NCBI RefSeq assembly: GCF_964355755.1
Contig: NC_092675.1
Span: forward strand, 27,128,912-27,192,911
DNA length: 64,000 nucleotides
Source of the DNA: Antedon mediterranea
Lineage: Eukaryota; Animalia; Echinodermata
Reading direction: 5' to 3'
Positions within the stretch are counted from its first letter, which is position 1; the number at the start of each line of letters is the position of its first letter. Positions 1 to 13,400 of this stretch are shown here, piece after piece. Made by a program: the position numbers and the translations under genes. The notes under the pieces were generated by a model, which was not told where the DNA came from, ran no database searches, and was given only the letters and a program-made list of their open reading frames with translations.

Positions 1-3000
1 TTTACAGTCGCTTTCTTCTCCTTGTTCCAGTAGTACATGTGATTCACTGTGCCCCGCCGGTTTCTTGACTTTTAACTCATCAAATATTTCTTTTTCGCAT
101 AAAGGTTTAAATGTTGGCTGGTTATCAGGTATTTCCAACTTAAATGAAAAACATGTACACAAATTTAATAACATATTGTAGGACTACTTGCCGTGGAAAC
201 AAGGCGTGTAGTTGCAAAAGACTGAGTGGCTTAAGGCCAGGTGGCACATTGACCGGGTGGCACAAGAACAAACATGGGTTCTTCGAGTCGCAGGTCACTC
301 TCGTACATTAGGCCTACCATCGTAAGTGTAGGCCTTATAAATGAAAGTAAGTTTGTCAACTAATTACCTTAAAGAAATGTGGTTCTGGAAGTGGTTCCAT
401 GTGACTTTTAAACTTTTTTATCTTCACCCAGCAAACACAGCTTAGTAAGAACACCACTGTGACACAGGCCAGTGTTATAGCATACACATACAACGATACT
501 GAAAAAGTAAAAGCGTATTGAAATTTAAGGCACTTTCAAAACATCAATGCAAAGAAACAAGATTAGAATTATCGTTTTTAAAAAAGTTGTTATGATAACA
601 TAACAAATATAGAAAAGAAAATAACTGAAAATATACAAGATTATAACTATCGTTAAAAAATAACCCATCGTTAGATTTGAATTTCACCGAAAAAAAAAAT
701 TAAGGAACATTATTTGATTGTGATTGTACTATATACCATTGAAATTTAGTAGATTAAAAACACCTTCTTAAAATAATTTGCTTATAGTTGATAAGATAAA
801 ATCCATTGTTTTTAGAGATGTTTTTCCTTTTATGATGCATTACGTTACTCCTCTTTTTACTAAGTTATCAATATTAACCAACAGGAATGTATTTATTTGG
901 TTATATAATATTAATGACCGTATAATTGTTGCTAAATTATGGGTTTCAAATACAACGACACACGCTGTATATCATGTTCTCACCTGATTGTGCAATATCT
1001 TCTGATGTTGGAATGACAACAATTGAAGGTTCTGTACTACCAATAGCATTATAGGCTGATATATACGCTGTATAGTTAATGTTTCTTTTTAATCCTGTGT
1101 AAATTACATTTCAAATGATAAGTTTCTCTTAACTCTTTCTCTCTCTCTTTTATACACCATAATAGATATGCTAACATATATTAATAATCATGTGTGGCAA
1201 AGTTTTAGGAGTATTAAGTCGAAATGTATTCTAGATCCTTCTCTACATCATCATTAGCATCAACATTATCATAATAAGAGCTGCTGGGAGCAGGAAGGCT
1301 AGTATACCACCAAACTCACCGTTTTTATTTCACTATCATTCGGGAAATTACCCCATGACGTCCAGTAATTATGAAACTAAATTATACTATATATATATTT
1401 TTTTGTTAGCTCCTTGAATTTTAGAATTACATCTATAACTAACCAGGTATTAGTAATGACGTTTGATTGGCTGGAACCTGGAATTGCTGGGATGCTTCCA
1501 CCGACTCCAGTTGTATGTTATAACCAAGGAGAATTCCTCGACGATTATTCAATGGAAGTTCCTAAGTAAAAACAATCAAAATTATGTTTCATTGAATTGA
1601 TAATTTTTTTTGTTAGCACCCATGTCTCGGTACTGTATCTAGATATGTCCATAATCGGGAAAATTCCGTAATACAGTAGTCTTGTGTTTTCCAATGACAA
1701 TGGACAACGTATGTTGAGATACGGCAGTGGGATAGAAAATCCTGCATGTATATGCGAAACATTGTATTATAGCTGCATTGTTGAATACCTGATGCATCCC
1801 TGTGGATGACCTGCAGCAGTATTCACATACAGTAGTAGTACACATCTGTTATAATACATGTAGGAAACGTAATACATTACGGTAGAGAATATATAGAGAA
1901 TGAATAAGAAGAAAAAAAAAGAAGCTAACCATCCATGAAATAAGTACATCTCTCAATGTGTTTTTATTGTATTCAAGCTTCGGTAGCACTGGTACCAAAC
2001 CAGACGGGTCTACAAGAAAAGTACCAAGACACAAGCTATTAAGTGAGTGCATGCGAGTTGAGGCATATCCACCCAACAAAAGAATTGCAAAGGCAACAGT
2101 AACATGAAATGATAATTGCTGGTTTGTTTGCATAGCCTGCACATTATCACCCTCCATCCCCACCAATCCCCTTCCCCCATTTATTTTGTTTAAGTTTTAA
2201 AGAATACGTTATCATCTAACTGTGGTTTGTGGTCACGTATGAAATGGTGAGGAAATAGATAAGAGGAGGTTAGGCATAATATATAAAAGGGGAGTTACTC
2301 TAGGCCTATAGGCCTAATCAAACATAATAATACAGCAAATTCAGGTTTCGCCGCTGTGGGGTTTTAAATTTTCATCAACATTTCGAGGAAATATAGAAAC
2401 TATTATCTTTGTAATGCTTCTGATATTAAAAATATGCTTACTTCCTTCTTTGGTTTTCACAAGAACAGGGCTTGTCCAATTTCCGTAAACACCATCATTT
2501 GCATGATACCTAGCCCGTAATTGAACTTCATAAAGTGTGAACGGAATTAGGCCTTCTATCTCGTAATAATGCGTTTCTTCTTCTGGCGTCTGAAAAGGAC
2601 AAATGTAAACCAGATAAATAAAAAGCAAGTAATATATGTCTGTCAAGCATTTTGCCAAGTAACAACAGCCTCAAATAATACTATATTAAATGTGATAGCA
2701 TATACAATGATGCACTTGAAACTAGTTGTCCAATAGAACATACACACAGTCATTAAAGGTCAGGTGAAAAAAAAAAATAATATTGATCACATTCCAATAA
2801 TTATCAATCTATAGTTTTCCCTGCTTAATAACTTTTGGGATTTTATTTGTGTTACACAAGCTTGTTGAAAATAACAACTTTCTGATCAGTGGGGGATAGT
2901 TCAAATTACACACCAAAAATCCCTATTCTTTGTTACACAAATGTTGTAAATAGAGGGGCATTTAAAAAAAACTATGACAAATAAACTGTGGGGTAAAAAA

Positions 3001-5918
3001 TGTTATCAGATGACTAAATATATGTAATGTAACTTGGATTTTACATTTTGGTATTTTTTATTAAACTTCAGAGTTTTATTTTCATGCTATAGCAAAAATT
3101 ATCCACCGTATATCCACCATCTTGTTAGGTTAAACTACCTAACAACTTAAAAAAAAAGTCTTCCTGGTTTTTATTGCAGAATTTTGCCAAACTTTGTATT
3201 TGACCATTTTAAGGGAAATTTATGTTTTTATTAACCAGATATTACCTGAGCTTTAAAATTGTTTTGTAAATTGTTTCATGAGGGTCATAAACGTTATATT
3301 TACGTTACTTATTTCCTTAACTTTTTAAAGCAGTACAGATCTTGTCTTTCCTTCTGAAACTATTTAATGAACACAAATGTTAAAGATATAATACAGTAAA
3401 TTTTTGCAAAGATGAGGGCGTACAATTACTGGTTACAAATAATTATCTGGTTCGTCGAGTTTCTGTTTTTTTTTCTACTTGGACATCCCAGCTATTATAT
3501 TGAACAGACACTACGACACCAAACACTAAGCATTGTAAAATGTGTTTGGAATTCTCAATATGGAAATATATTTAAGTTAACATATTGTTGACAATGACGA
3601 CTACGATGATGATGATGAATTGAATTGTTTTAATACATATCCATACAAAACAAATATAGTTTAAACAATAAAAATATATATGCTTACAGAACTCCAGTAT
3701 TGTGAGTCATTCTGTCGATATCGTAGTATAAAGTTAAGTTGATTATTGAGTATGAAACCTGGTGAGTCGATCCATTCAGCATCTAGTGTCTCTGCTGTTG
3801 AAACTATTGACAGATTTCGTGGTGGTAATGGAATAACTAAAAAATAATTTAATGATAAATTAATATTTTGTTGTTAATTATTGTTTGGTATACACGTGGG
3901 TATGGAAAAGGTAAACAAAATAATATAAATATAAAATGAAAAAAATGCAAAAACAAATTGCATACAAAACACAGGCATCCACCACTCATAAAAAACGTCC
4001 TTATGCCAAAATCTCAGAATATATTACTGTATACCTGTACTCATAATAACCAACTATACGTCACGACCCCAATGTTATTAGTAACAATGTCTCCGTTAAT
4101 TTTGAAGGTTTTTTTTTTTAAATTTTATCCTTTCTCAGTTCAGCCCCTTCATTTTAATTATGTTTTATTTGAAATTTGAAGAAAAAAGAAAAGAAAAATA
4201 AACATTACAATGAATTAACCTCATTTCAATGTAAATTCGCAAGCAGACAATCATAAACAAACGTAACACGCACGTACTACGGTGCGGATTAAGCCGGATG
4301 CAATGAATTGAATAAATACAGAAATAATTGTATGAAAAGCAACAATGATCGTTTCCTGTTAGTTGCTTTCAACATGGACCTAGGTCGATCCATGCTTTTA
4401 ACAAGGTATCGCAAGTTATATCTAATATCGGCCTATATTGTTGGCGTTGCAATCTTGTTTATTTAACCATTGACAAATAAAATGTAACGGAGCATAATGG
4501 TGAAGTATGCAACGCCGTTTTGAACACGTACACTGCTGAGAAAATAATGATGAAATAACTATTAATATTATTGTAGGCCGGTAAAGATAAATTAATTTTT
4601 AGAATTCAAATACCTCTTCTACAAGTTGTTTACAAACTATGTATATTCACTCTGATCGTGACACAAACAATACCTTTGTTTATAGTATAGTACAATTCGC
4701 GTTCTAATATTTTGTTTAAATTCTATAGACTTTGTAGGCACTGTTGTTACGTGGTTTGTGTAAAATTATTTACGATTGAATTGATATTATAAACACATAT
4801 CTTACTGTTGTCGAAGTCAAGCCGTATTTCAACTATTGAATTAGTGGTCCCTACATACGCTTTAGGCTGCACAGCAACTATACGATAATTAATAATTTCA
4901 CCGTAAAATTCACATGCATTAGAAGTATTGTGTCTGCAATTATGCCAGAAATTCCAGTTTTGTTCGTCTCTGCAAATAATAAAATAAACGTATGTGAATA
5001 TTGTATTCATTTTTTAGACCATGCAAAAGCCTTTGTTGATGCATCGTCCTTGCGTTGCGTCCGTAGTTGAATCAAACTTTTAGTTCACACTACTAACTGT
5101 AGGACGCAACGCGATGACGTAAGCGCATTGGAAGTCAGGTAATTCATCGCGTCGTGATTGGTTTTAAAAATAACATGCGTCGCGCTTTAACGTTCTTGCG
5201 TCTAAGGAGTTTGTACAAAGCTTAATCTATGATAATTGATAACTACAGAGCAAAATGTACGGGCCAAACGTTGTGTGCAATATGTTGGTTAACAAATTCG
5301 GACTAACTAACCTCCATCTGGCTACGTATTCAATAGTTATATCACCAGGAACCCATGTGCATACATAATGTTCGCAGTTATAGCCAAAACAGGTAAGATT
5401 GTTGGCACTCGGTATCACTTTAAAAGAATTCATAATGTAAGAAGCATACAGGTGCAGTAGGCCTAATTGTGAGGCTATGTTCTAACATTTTATAAACGTT
5501 GGATTGTTCATTTGCTCTTAATTCATTAAGCACAATTGCCCAATATGGCTTTCAAAATGACGTATACCATTTAAATTAACATATTAATAGTTATACCATT
5601 GCACATTATACTATTGTACGCATTCCATTGTACCGTCATTATTCCGTGCATTCCAATTTGAAATTGACAATACACACCCGAACTAAAACTACATACATTT
5701 TACACAAGCATTGAAGAGTGGTTCTGATCATGTAATGCTATTAACCAGGAAAGAGAATGCTCTTAACCACAGACGAGCTGATATTTTTTGTCGCATGATA
5801 AGTATTTCATTATAAGTATTACACATTTAAATGCCTTACGGTTTTGTGTTTCTAATAATATGACGTGATCCAGTAAATTAATCAATAAAGCCACGCCAAA
5901 TGGTTTGTTCCAGTTCAT
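1..5918 (-). CDS. Class I cytokine receptor-like protein A (gp130/Domeless-like; SP-CBM-FN3-TM-Box1), 3' end outside window
   Basis: Phase-compatible GT-AG exons 5918-5840, 5417-5312, 4969-4806, 3836-3688, 2589-2442, 2009-1930, 1561-1444, 1094-984, 498-368, 138-<1. They translate to a weak leader MNWNKPFGVALLINLLDHVILL, CBM cysteines with CxW (LTCFGYNCEHYVCTW; NC..NAC), FN3 with YEVQLRARY and WSXWS-like YGNWT, a further FN3 (RGILLGYNI..YISAYNAIG), TM (LYVYAITLACVTVVFLLSCVCW) and Box1-like PLPEP. The start exon is the least certain. Confidence 0.85.
2757..3252. mobile_element. Kolobok-like TTAA-flanked MITE
   Basis: ttaa-aggtcaggt ... acctgagct-ttaa. Confidence 0.5.
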
Positions 5919-6104
5919 AACAGTTCATTCCACAACTTGCCACTCTAAAATACAATAAAATATGATTATTATTAAAATATTATTTGTTTGCACTGCGAAT
6001 TATCAAATTAGTGCCTTGATGATCGACTAACATTTGATTGTGGCGCAAAATGTGACGACATATAGCAGTCAGGCTTCAACAGTTGTGTAATTATTTATCT
6101 TAAA

Positions 6105-6263
6105 AGCTCTGTCTACATTATCAAACTTGATGTGACAAACACATGTGATGTGCCCATATATGGAAAGGATGATGTCATACTACTATATTTGGGCATATCA
6201 CTGCCATATTTAGGCACATCACACTTTTTTGGCACATATAGAATTGATAGTGTAGACAGAGCT
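6105..6263. mobile_element. High-copy ~160-bp PIF/Tourist-like MITE
   Basis: TIR agctctgtctacactatcaaac. Further copies at ~17641-17775, 31189-31328, 32130-32247, 42241-42388, 45176-45313, 46956-47118, 48368-48503, 52096-52266, 52824-52975, 60688-60814, 62560-62636. Confidence 0.9.
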
Positions 6264-7560
6264 TTACAATTAAAGTTTGATGCAGCAGACACACCTTTTT
6301 TTTTATAGTTTGAATAATGTTCTTATAATAATCAATCTTCGTCAAGTCGCATGCAACTAACTTGAGCACGCGACTGCAGCCATGTATATGACCTTGTTTA
6401 TTTAGATCTAAATCGCCAAAATATTGGAAAGGGTAGGTGATTTCTGTTCAATGTAAATTTATGGACGTTCAATATTTCCATTCTCCACAACTAACCAGTC
6501 TATGTTATGCGGAAGTAGACGTAAGGCTATACTTAATAAAGAACCAACTACAAGCATGCCAATGTACATCTTGACATCTGAATAATAAATAAATTACATA
6601 ACAAAAAACAACCATGTATGTCTTTCTTCTGATTGTAATGTATAATTAACTTAACGTTATAAAGTTAAAAACATACTTACCTGTATACTATCTGAGAGGT
6701 AACAGCCCACCGTCAACTACTATTGAAACACAGTGATCCTTGTAAATAAATTGCTTTGTATCACCATCATAATCGAACTACTGAACCGAGTCTCTTCTTT
6801 TTAAAACTTTATGTATAATCACGTTGAATTTTGTCTCTAAAGATACATACTGGTTTATCAATAACCATATTGTGTGAAATTCTATTCAAAACAAGTCATA
6901 CGTACATGGCAACTTGGGTTAGTGAAAGCATTCACATATTGCCTATCGCGATCATTCAACGTTCAAAGTCCTTTTATTCAACAAAGTTTTATCTGACAAA
7001 AGATAACTAAGGGTTACTAATACAACCATAACAATAAACAGCATTTGATAACCATATAGGTAATAAACGCAATATATAGTAGGCCTACACAATATATACG
7101 GTACCCCGGTGAACTGGTTTACAAAATAGCCCCTGTATCAGGGGGATTACCACCTATCTGATAGGACAGTGATTAATGTACTATTGGTAATCATGGCCAC
7201 ATTGCCTAAAGACTTAAAATAAAATAAAAATTATATAATATCTATTTATAATACGCTTATGTTCAGAATTATAATGCGTTGGCGAAGTTTGATTATTTTA
7301 AGAACATTATAGGTTTTAATGGCAAAAGTATAGATTCCTTTTCGTTCAAGATTCAATTATTATGCAATAATAATACTATATATGGTCATGGCGTTAGTAT
7401 AATTTTATAGTAACCATGCATCGTTTTTTTTTAATTACTGTACTACAGGAAATGCCAGTTTAGAAATTAACTTATTATGCAATCATATTAATATTATATG
7501 TTACTGTTATATCATATAGTCTTATTGACTTATAGTACTTATTATGTCAAAAAATAACCA

Positions 7561-7628
7561 GTTCGCAGTTATAGCCAAACAGGTAAGATTGGTGACACTC
7601 GGTATCACTAAAAAGATAAAGAATTATT
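7561..7628 (-). pseudogene. Relic partial copy of receptor A CBM exon
   Basis: Near-identical to 5370-5430 including the acceptor, but with a 1-bp deletion and truncated. Confidence 0.75.
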
Positions 7629-8142
7629 AGTAGTTGTTCGTGGGGTAGCTATTGTACTAGTATAATCCAGTTTGCGGTTTTACAAAAAGAACAGAATTTT
7701 GAATGAAACATTGATATGGTTTTGATATTCAAATACTTCATACAAGTTAATCCACAATAAAGGTAAGTTTATTCTTCCCGAGTCTTAAAATAGAAAATCA
7801 GTACCCGCAAGCTTAGTTTAGTTCACATGCAAATCATGCCTACAAAAATTAGTCCTATGAATACCATAGTCGTCGATCTCTTTAGTTAGGGTTTAGTATA
7901 TTGTTTGAAGATTTGCATGGCGAAATCAAATGTTGATATAGAGTTTGCGGTACACCACAGATATATAGTTCTGATAAGAACTGTTAAGTTTCTTGAATTT
8001 TCGATCAATATACTTTGATCGTCCAGAAGAGTGAGAATCGTTGTTTAGCTTATACTTAACTAGACTCCGAGCTCCAAACGTTTTGTAATTTCGTGTTTTC
8101 TCTCTTAAGACAGGAGCATGGACAACCAAGGCTATCTTAATT

Positions 8143-9065
8143 GGGATTTTGTCAAAAATGGCCAAAATATTTTTATGCAATAATATTACCATATTATGTA
8201 CATATATTTCGTTACCATCATCTCATAGTCATAGTAACCAGTTATGTTTAAAAATAATATGGTCGAAATTTGGTCTTTTTCGAAAAGTTCCCTGTACTAT
8301 AGTACAGGGATTTTTGTCAAAAATTGCAACAAAAATATCGACTTTTTAAAATTCAATTATGCAATAATATCTTATCATCTTATAGAGTCATAGTAACCAG
8401 TTATGTCAATAAAATAAAATGGTCGAAATTTGGTCTTTTTCGAAAAGTTCCCTGTACTATAGTACAGGGATTTTGTCAAAAATGGCCAAAATGTCGACTT
8501 TTTAAAATTCAATTATTATACAATAATATTGCCATATATGAACATATATTGCGCTATTATCATCTTTAGTTATGTCAACAAATAAAAGTGTCGAAATTTG
8601 GTAATTTTTCGAAAATTCTCCTGTACTATATATAGTACAGGGATTTTGTCAAAAATGGCCAAAATGTCGACATTTTAAAATTCAATTATTATGCAATAAT
8701 ATTGTCATATATGAACATATATTGCGTTATTGTCATCTTATAGAGTCATAGTAACCAGTTATGTCAACAAACAAGTGTCGAAATCTGGTCATTCTTCGAA
8801 AATTTTCCTGTACTTGTAGTACAGGGATTTTGTCAAAAATGGCCAAAATATCGACTTTCTAAAATTCAATTATGTCATAATATTGCTATATATTCACATA
8901 ATTGCATTATCATCATCTTATAGAGTCATAGTAACCATTTATGTCAACAAATAAAGTGTCAAAATCTGGTCATTTTTCGAAAATTTTCCTGTAGGCTACT
9001 ACAGTACAGGGATTTTTTCAAAAATGGCCAAAATATCGAATTTTTAAAATTCAATTATTATGCAA
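8143..9065. repeat. Satellite-like tandem array, ~5 units of 160-185 bp
   Basis: gggattttgtcaaaaatggccaaaat recurs at ~8143, 8308, 8468, 8641, 8824 and 9009; junction palindrome ccctgtactatagtacaggg. Confidence 0.92.
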
Positions 9066-10489
9066 TTGCAATTATTTGAAAAATGCTAGATCTTTATTAT
9101 ATACTGTAGTACGAAAATGGCTAGATTTTGATCCTTAAATTTTGTTACATAATTGATTGCTATTGCTCTGAATTGTGGTAACATTCGCAGACCAAATTAT
9201 GTGACAAGCGACTAAAACATTGATATCTGCGCCGCGTCTAGGATTACATTTTTTCACAAATATCATTTTAATATCAAAGACCGGATATGTTCAACACGCA
9301 TACTGTAAACTATTTTGCTCTACTTCAAAATTGCATTTGTACGTCTACATTATTTATTTCTTTCGGCAAAAGAAACTATCCATGAGAACCAATTTTTAAT
9401 ATTATTCTTTATAGAATACAAAATAGAAGTAGAAAACGATTTACCGAAGAGCATGATCCAATCTCTGGATTAGTAAAATCAAACAACCAAACCAACCTAG
9501 GTCATATCTACCACCATTCTTTTTATGCAATAAATAACATCACATATAAAAGTTCATTTCTATACAAACATTTTGAATTGTAGTGGCAACTTCAGTTGCA
9601 ACAAGTTCTGAAACATAGGCTAGTATTGCTGATGAGATAAATAACTCTTTCAATATATATGAATACATTAATAATGTATTATATCCTGTCGGTTCCTATT
9701 CGGACCTATTAATATTACGATACAGCACCACAATAAGCATCAGACAAACATACTAACACGTCGTTTTAATAACTTGTCGGATTTTATGATCATCTTTGTA
9801 TTTTTCTGACAAAATTCGAGCGGCATTACAACATACGACAATTAATTCCTTGTTTAATATGTCCAATGGTCTGACGCCCATAAACTTAAGCACTAATATA
9901 TATATATATACTAATAATTTGTATTAACCACTTAACCAATATATATATCTTAATTTTTATACACAATTTGTGTAATACATGTACAATACAATACATAAAC
10001 AAAGTCAATCTATTTTGACTATTTTTGCTGACATATATAAAAATATAGGGGAGGATCAAAGCCCTCCACACACGCACCACTAAGCCCCCTCTACCCTCCA
10101 CCTCCATTTTGGCACCTAAAATAAGATTATGAACTTGTTCATATCACTTTTTTGTTTTGGCACAAACAGCACAATGGTATTAATTAATAGGCAATGTATA
10201 AACACATCTTAAACTATGACTCGCTCCTTTAACTCCTGAGAGTATGATCACATATGGGAGTATGTATGCCCTTGAGCCCATGGGATCTACTCGCCATTAA
10301 ACCCCTTGGTGTGTAGGTGTCATTAAACCCCTTGGTCTCCAGGCGCCGTTGAACTTCTGAGGTTCACGTGTCCAGCCTTGAACCACAGGGGCTAACCTCC
10401 CTAGCCCACAAATCCTAGATCCACCCCTGAAAGCATCGTTATAATTATTTTTCTTATTGAAATCTTTCAAATCATTCTAATATACAACA

Positions 10490-13400
10490 TTATACAGAGG
10501 GAGATACTTTATAGATGTATGTTGTTGCCTTGGGCGGCGGCTGACCCTCAATCATCCTCCCTTGATTCTGAAATGGTGATTTTGATGAAATCATTTTCTG
10601 ACGAACCCTATTAGGGTTTGTGGGTTTAGCCATTGGTTTTGCCCTGGGTCTAGCCATGGGTTTTGCCACAGGTTTACTAGATGTTGCATTTACCATACTA
10701 CGAATCGGTATGTAATTACCGTCTGCTTTTGGATTGTTAACACGTTGTTTTGGCAAATCTTTAGCGGCAATGGTTTTTATAGGCGTGGTCCTAGATGGTA
10801 CACTTTGCAATGGCATATTATTTTTACGCAAGGACGCTTGTAGTGGCTGTGAAACTTTCAGAGAACCTTTGGTATCAGAGGCCTTTGGTATCGGCACAGA
10901 ATTTCTGGATATTTGTTGAGGTAAGGCACCAGCAATAACATTCTGAGACTGCAAGTTTGTAGTGGAAGGAATTTGATTTGACACAGGCTTACTAATTCTG
11001 ATGTTCGAGGCTGCAGGTTTAGATGGTGTTGGTACAAGCAAGGCACTGTTTTTCGGTGGTATAGTACAGGAAATACATTGGGTTGGTAATTCTCCCTTAT
11101 TAGGCAAATTTGACAATGTCCTATGGTTCATAATTGCTGTCGTTGGAATTTTTCTTTGTGAGGAATCTTTTTTTGATGGAGAATTAATTTCGTCAAGTGT
11201 AACATAATGTGTATCAACATCAGTTAAAAGTCGAGATTGTTCAGTTGAGTTTTGAGGTGGTTTATTAGATATGCTACTGCTGTTAGAATGCGTACTTATT
11301 GGTGCAGTTGACGCGATGGTTTTGAATTTTGAGTCTTTTCGGAGGGCTGATTCATTACTCTTTGATGCACCTTTAACATAACATGAAACATTTAATCTCT
11401 TAAGTTCGTTCTTATCCGAAACATTATGACACTCAGCCTCAGTTACTTTGGGTAACATATCTACATCGTCAGTTTCTCTATTCACTGTATTGGGATCTGA
11501 CTTTTTCAAACTGTGTGTGTTTTTACTAACTAACAAGTGTGGCAAATCTCCATGCTGGACATATACTGATGGCTTTGGAATGTTCTGAGCAGGTATCTTG
11601 GAATGATGTCCAGTAAATTTAGGCATATCTTTGATATCTAAGTATCCATTTCCAGGAGCCTTTGGCCGTTTCCTTATGAATTGTCTCTTTTCTCTTGTTT
11701 TTGGATGATTCTGCATGCTGCGCATTTGGGCTGCATCCAAATAATCTGACGGCTTTCCTTGACAAGTTGGAGGTATAGATTGTTGTCTGGTTACTTGAGA
11801 ATTTGGCGGTAGATAATTTTGTCTATTTGATGTCACAGAATTCTGTCTAGTTTGAAGAGTTGGCAACTGATTAACTTTGGCAACATCTTTTGATGACTTT
11901 TGACATTTCTGTGACATAGAAGAAGTCTTTTTCAGGGAGCATTTTATACTTGGTTTATCAATTGGAATAAATGGCATAGACGGCGAAATATGAACATCTG
12001 GTACACTATGACATGTGCTCATCTGAAATTCACTTTCCAGGTCTTGATCTGAAGACTCCGATCCAATGCCACTAGTATCGTCAGAATCTGATGTGTACAG
12101 TTCCTCACTGGTAAACCTCTTCTCTTCAAGCATCGGCATTGAATGACATCGACTGAACCCGTCAGATGATTCTTCAAAAGACAGCATCAAGTTGTTCATC
12201 AAGTTTTCGTCCTCGTCTTCCGCACTTAAAAAGCTAACCTCAGTATTTGTGCTTAGAAGTCGGCTCATTCTTCGTTTCTCTATCTTCTGCCAATCGTGAT
12301 CGATTGAACACTGGCTGATTATAAGGTCAAACATGATATCTTTTAATGTTGGATCGGCCAATTTCTTTATAAGCTTATTCAGTTCATCTCTAGTTGGCAA
12401 CGCTCTCCTCGACTTGACTTCATCAAACACTTCATCTTCTATATATGTTCTAGGATTAGGAATGTTTTGCCACTAAAACAAAAAAGCAAATTAAATAAAG
12501 TTTATTATATCATTCATATTTTGTGCCATCATCCTATCTATTTGGCTCAGTCATATTTCTCCACATTTTTAAATTTGTTTAATATTAAATTATTATCAAA
12601 ATTATTTGATCAAGCAATTCTACAACATTCAAAGCGTGGTTTAAAGGTAAAGATATATAGATTTAAGGTACATGTTATTGAGTTATTAGAATTTAACACA
12701 ATCATTTCTTCAGATTAATTCTTTAACTTTTTAAATTTATGTTTATTTCATTTTGGATTTCCAAAAACGCAATGTTTATATTACAGTATTATGAAAGAGT
12801 TGGAGAACTATTTTGTTTCATAAGAACATACAAATTTTAGGAGACTTTCTTTTTTTTATCCTCAGGAAATCCAGGTATTAGGACATTTGACTGTACTATA
12901 ATCATGTGATAATGATGTCGTCATTAAATACCTTTAAATTTGTAAATTTTGGTTCTGGAAGTGGAAGACAAAACGTTGATTTCTTTATTCTATTCCATAA
13001 AATTCCAAGGAGAAGCAGGATTACAACTATTGCAACAAAAACAGCCACAGCAATAACCACAACAGAAGTCACTGTTAAATTAAAATAATACTAATATATA
13101 TCTATTATACTATCTACTAATGATATCTACTATATTTGTCAAAAATAAAATCCTAATTGAAAACCCAGAATATGGTGACGATAAAATAATCATAATTATA
13201 ATCAACAACAGCATTCACTATTAAATTAAAATCTAATATTTGTCATAATATTAAATTATCAAAAGTATTTAGTTTTTAACTACTAATAACAAAGAAGAAA
13301 TACTGAACATCGTTTGTATTTTAATATTTTTATATGGAGTTTATTTTGTTAAACTTTGTACTCTTGATGTATGTTTTAATTATGTGATTGGAGTGTTTTC

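Noticed and set aside
10490-12430. Stand-alone 646-aa gene
   Set aside because: It starts at a GTG, and the frame extends to a splice acceptor at 12473; it is the last exon of receptor B.
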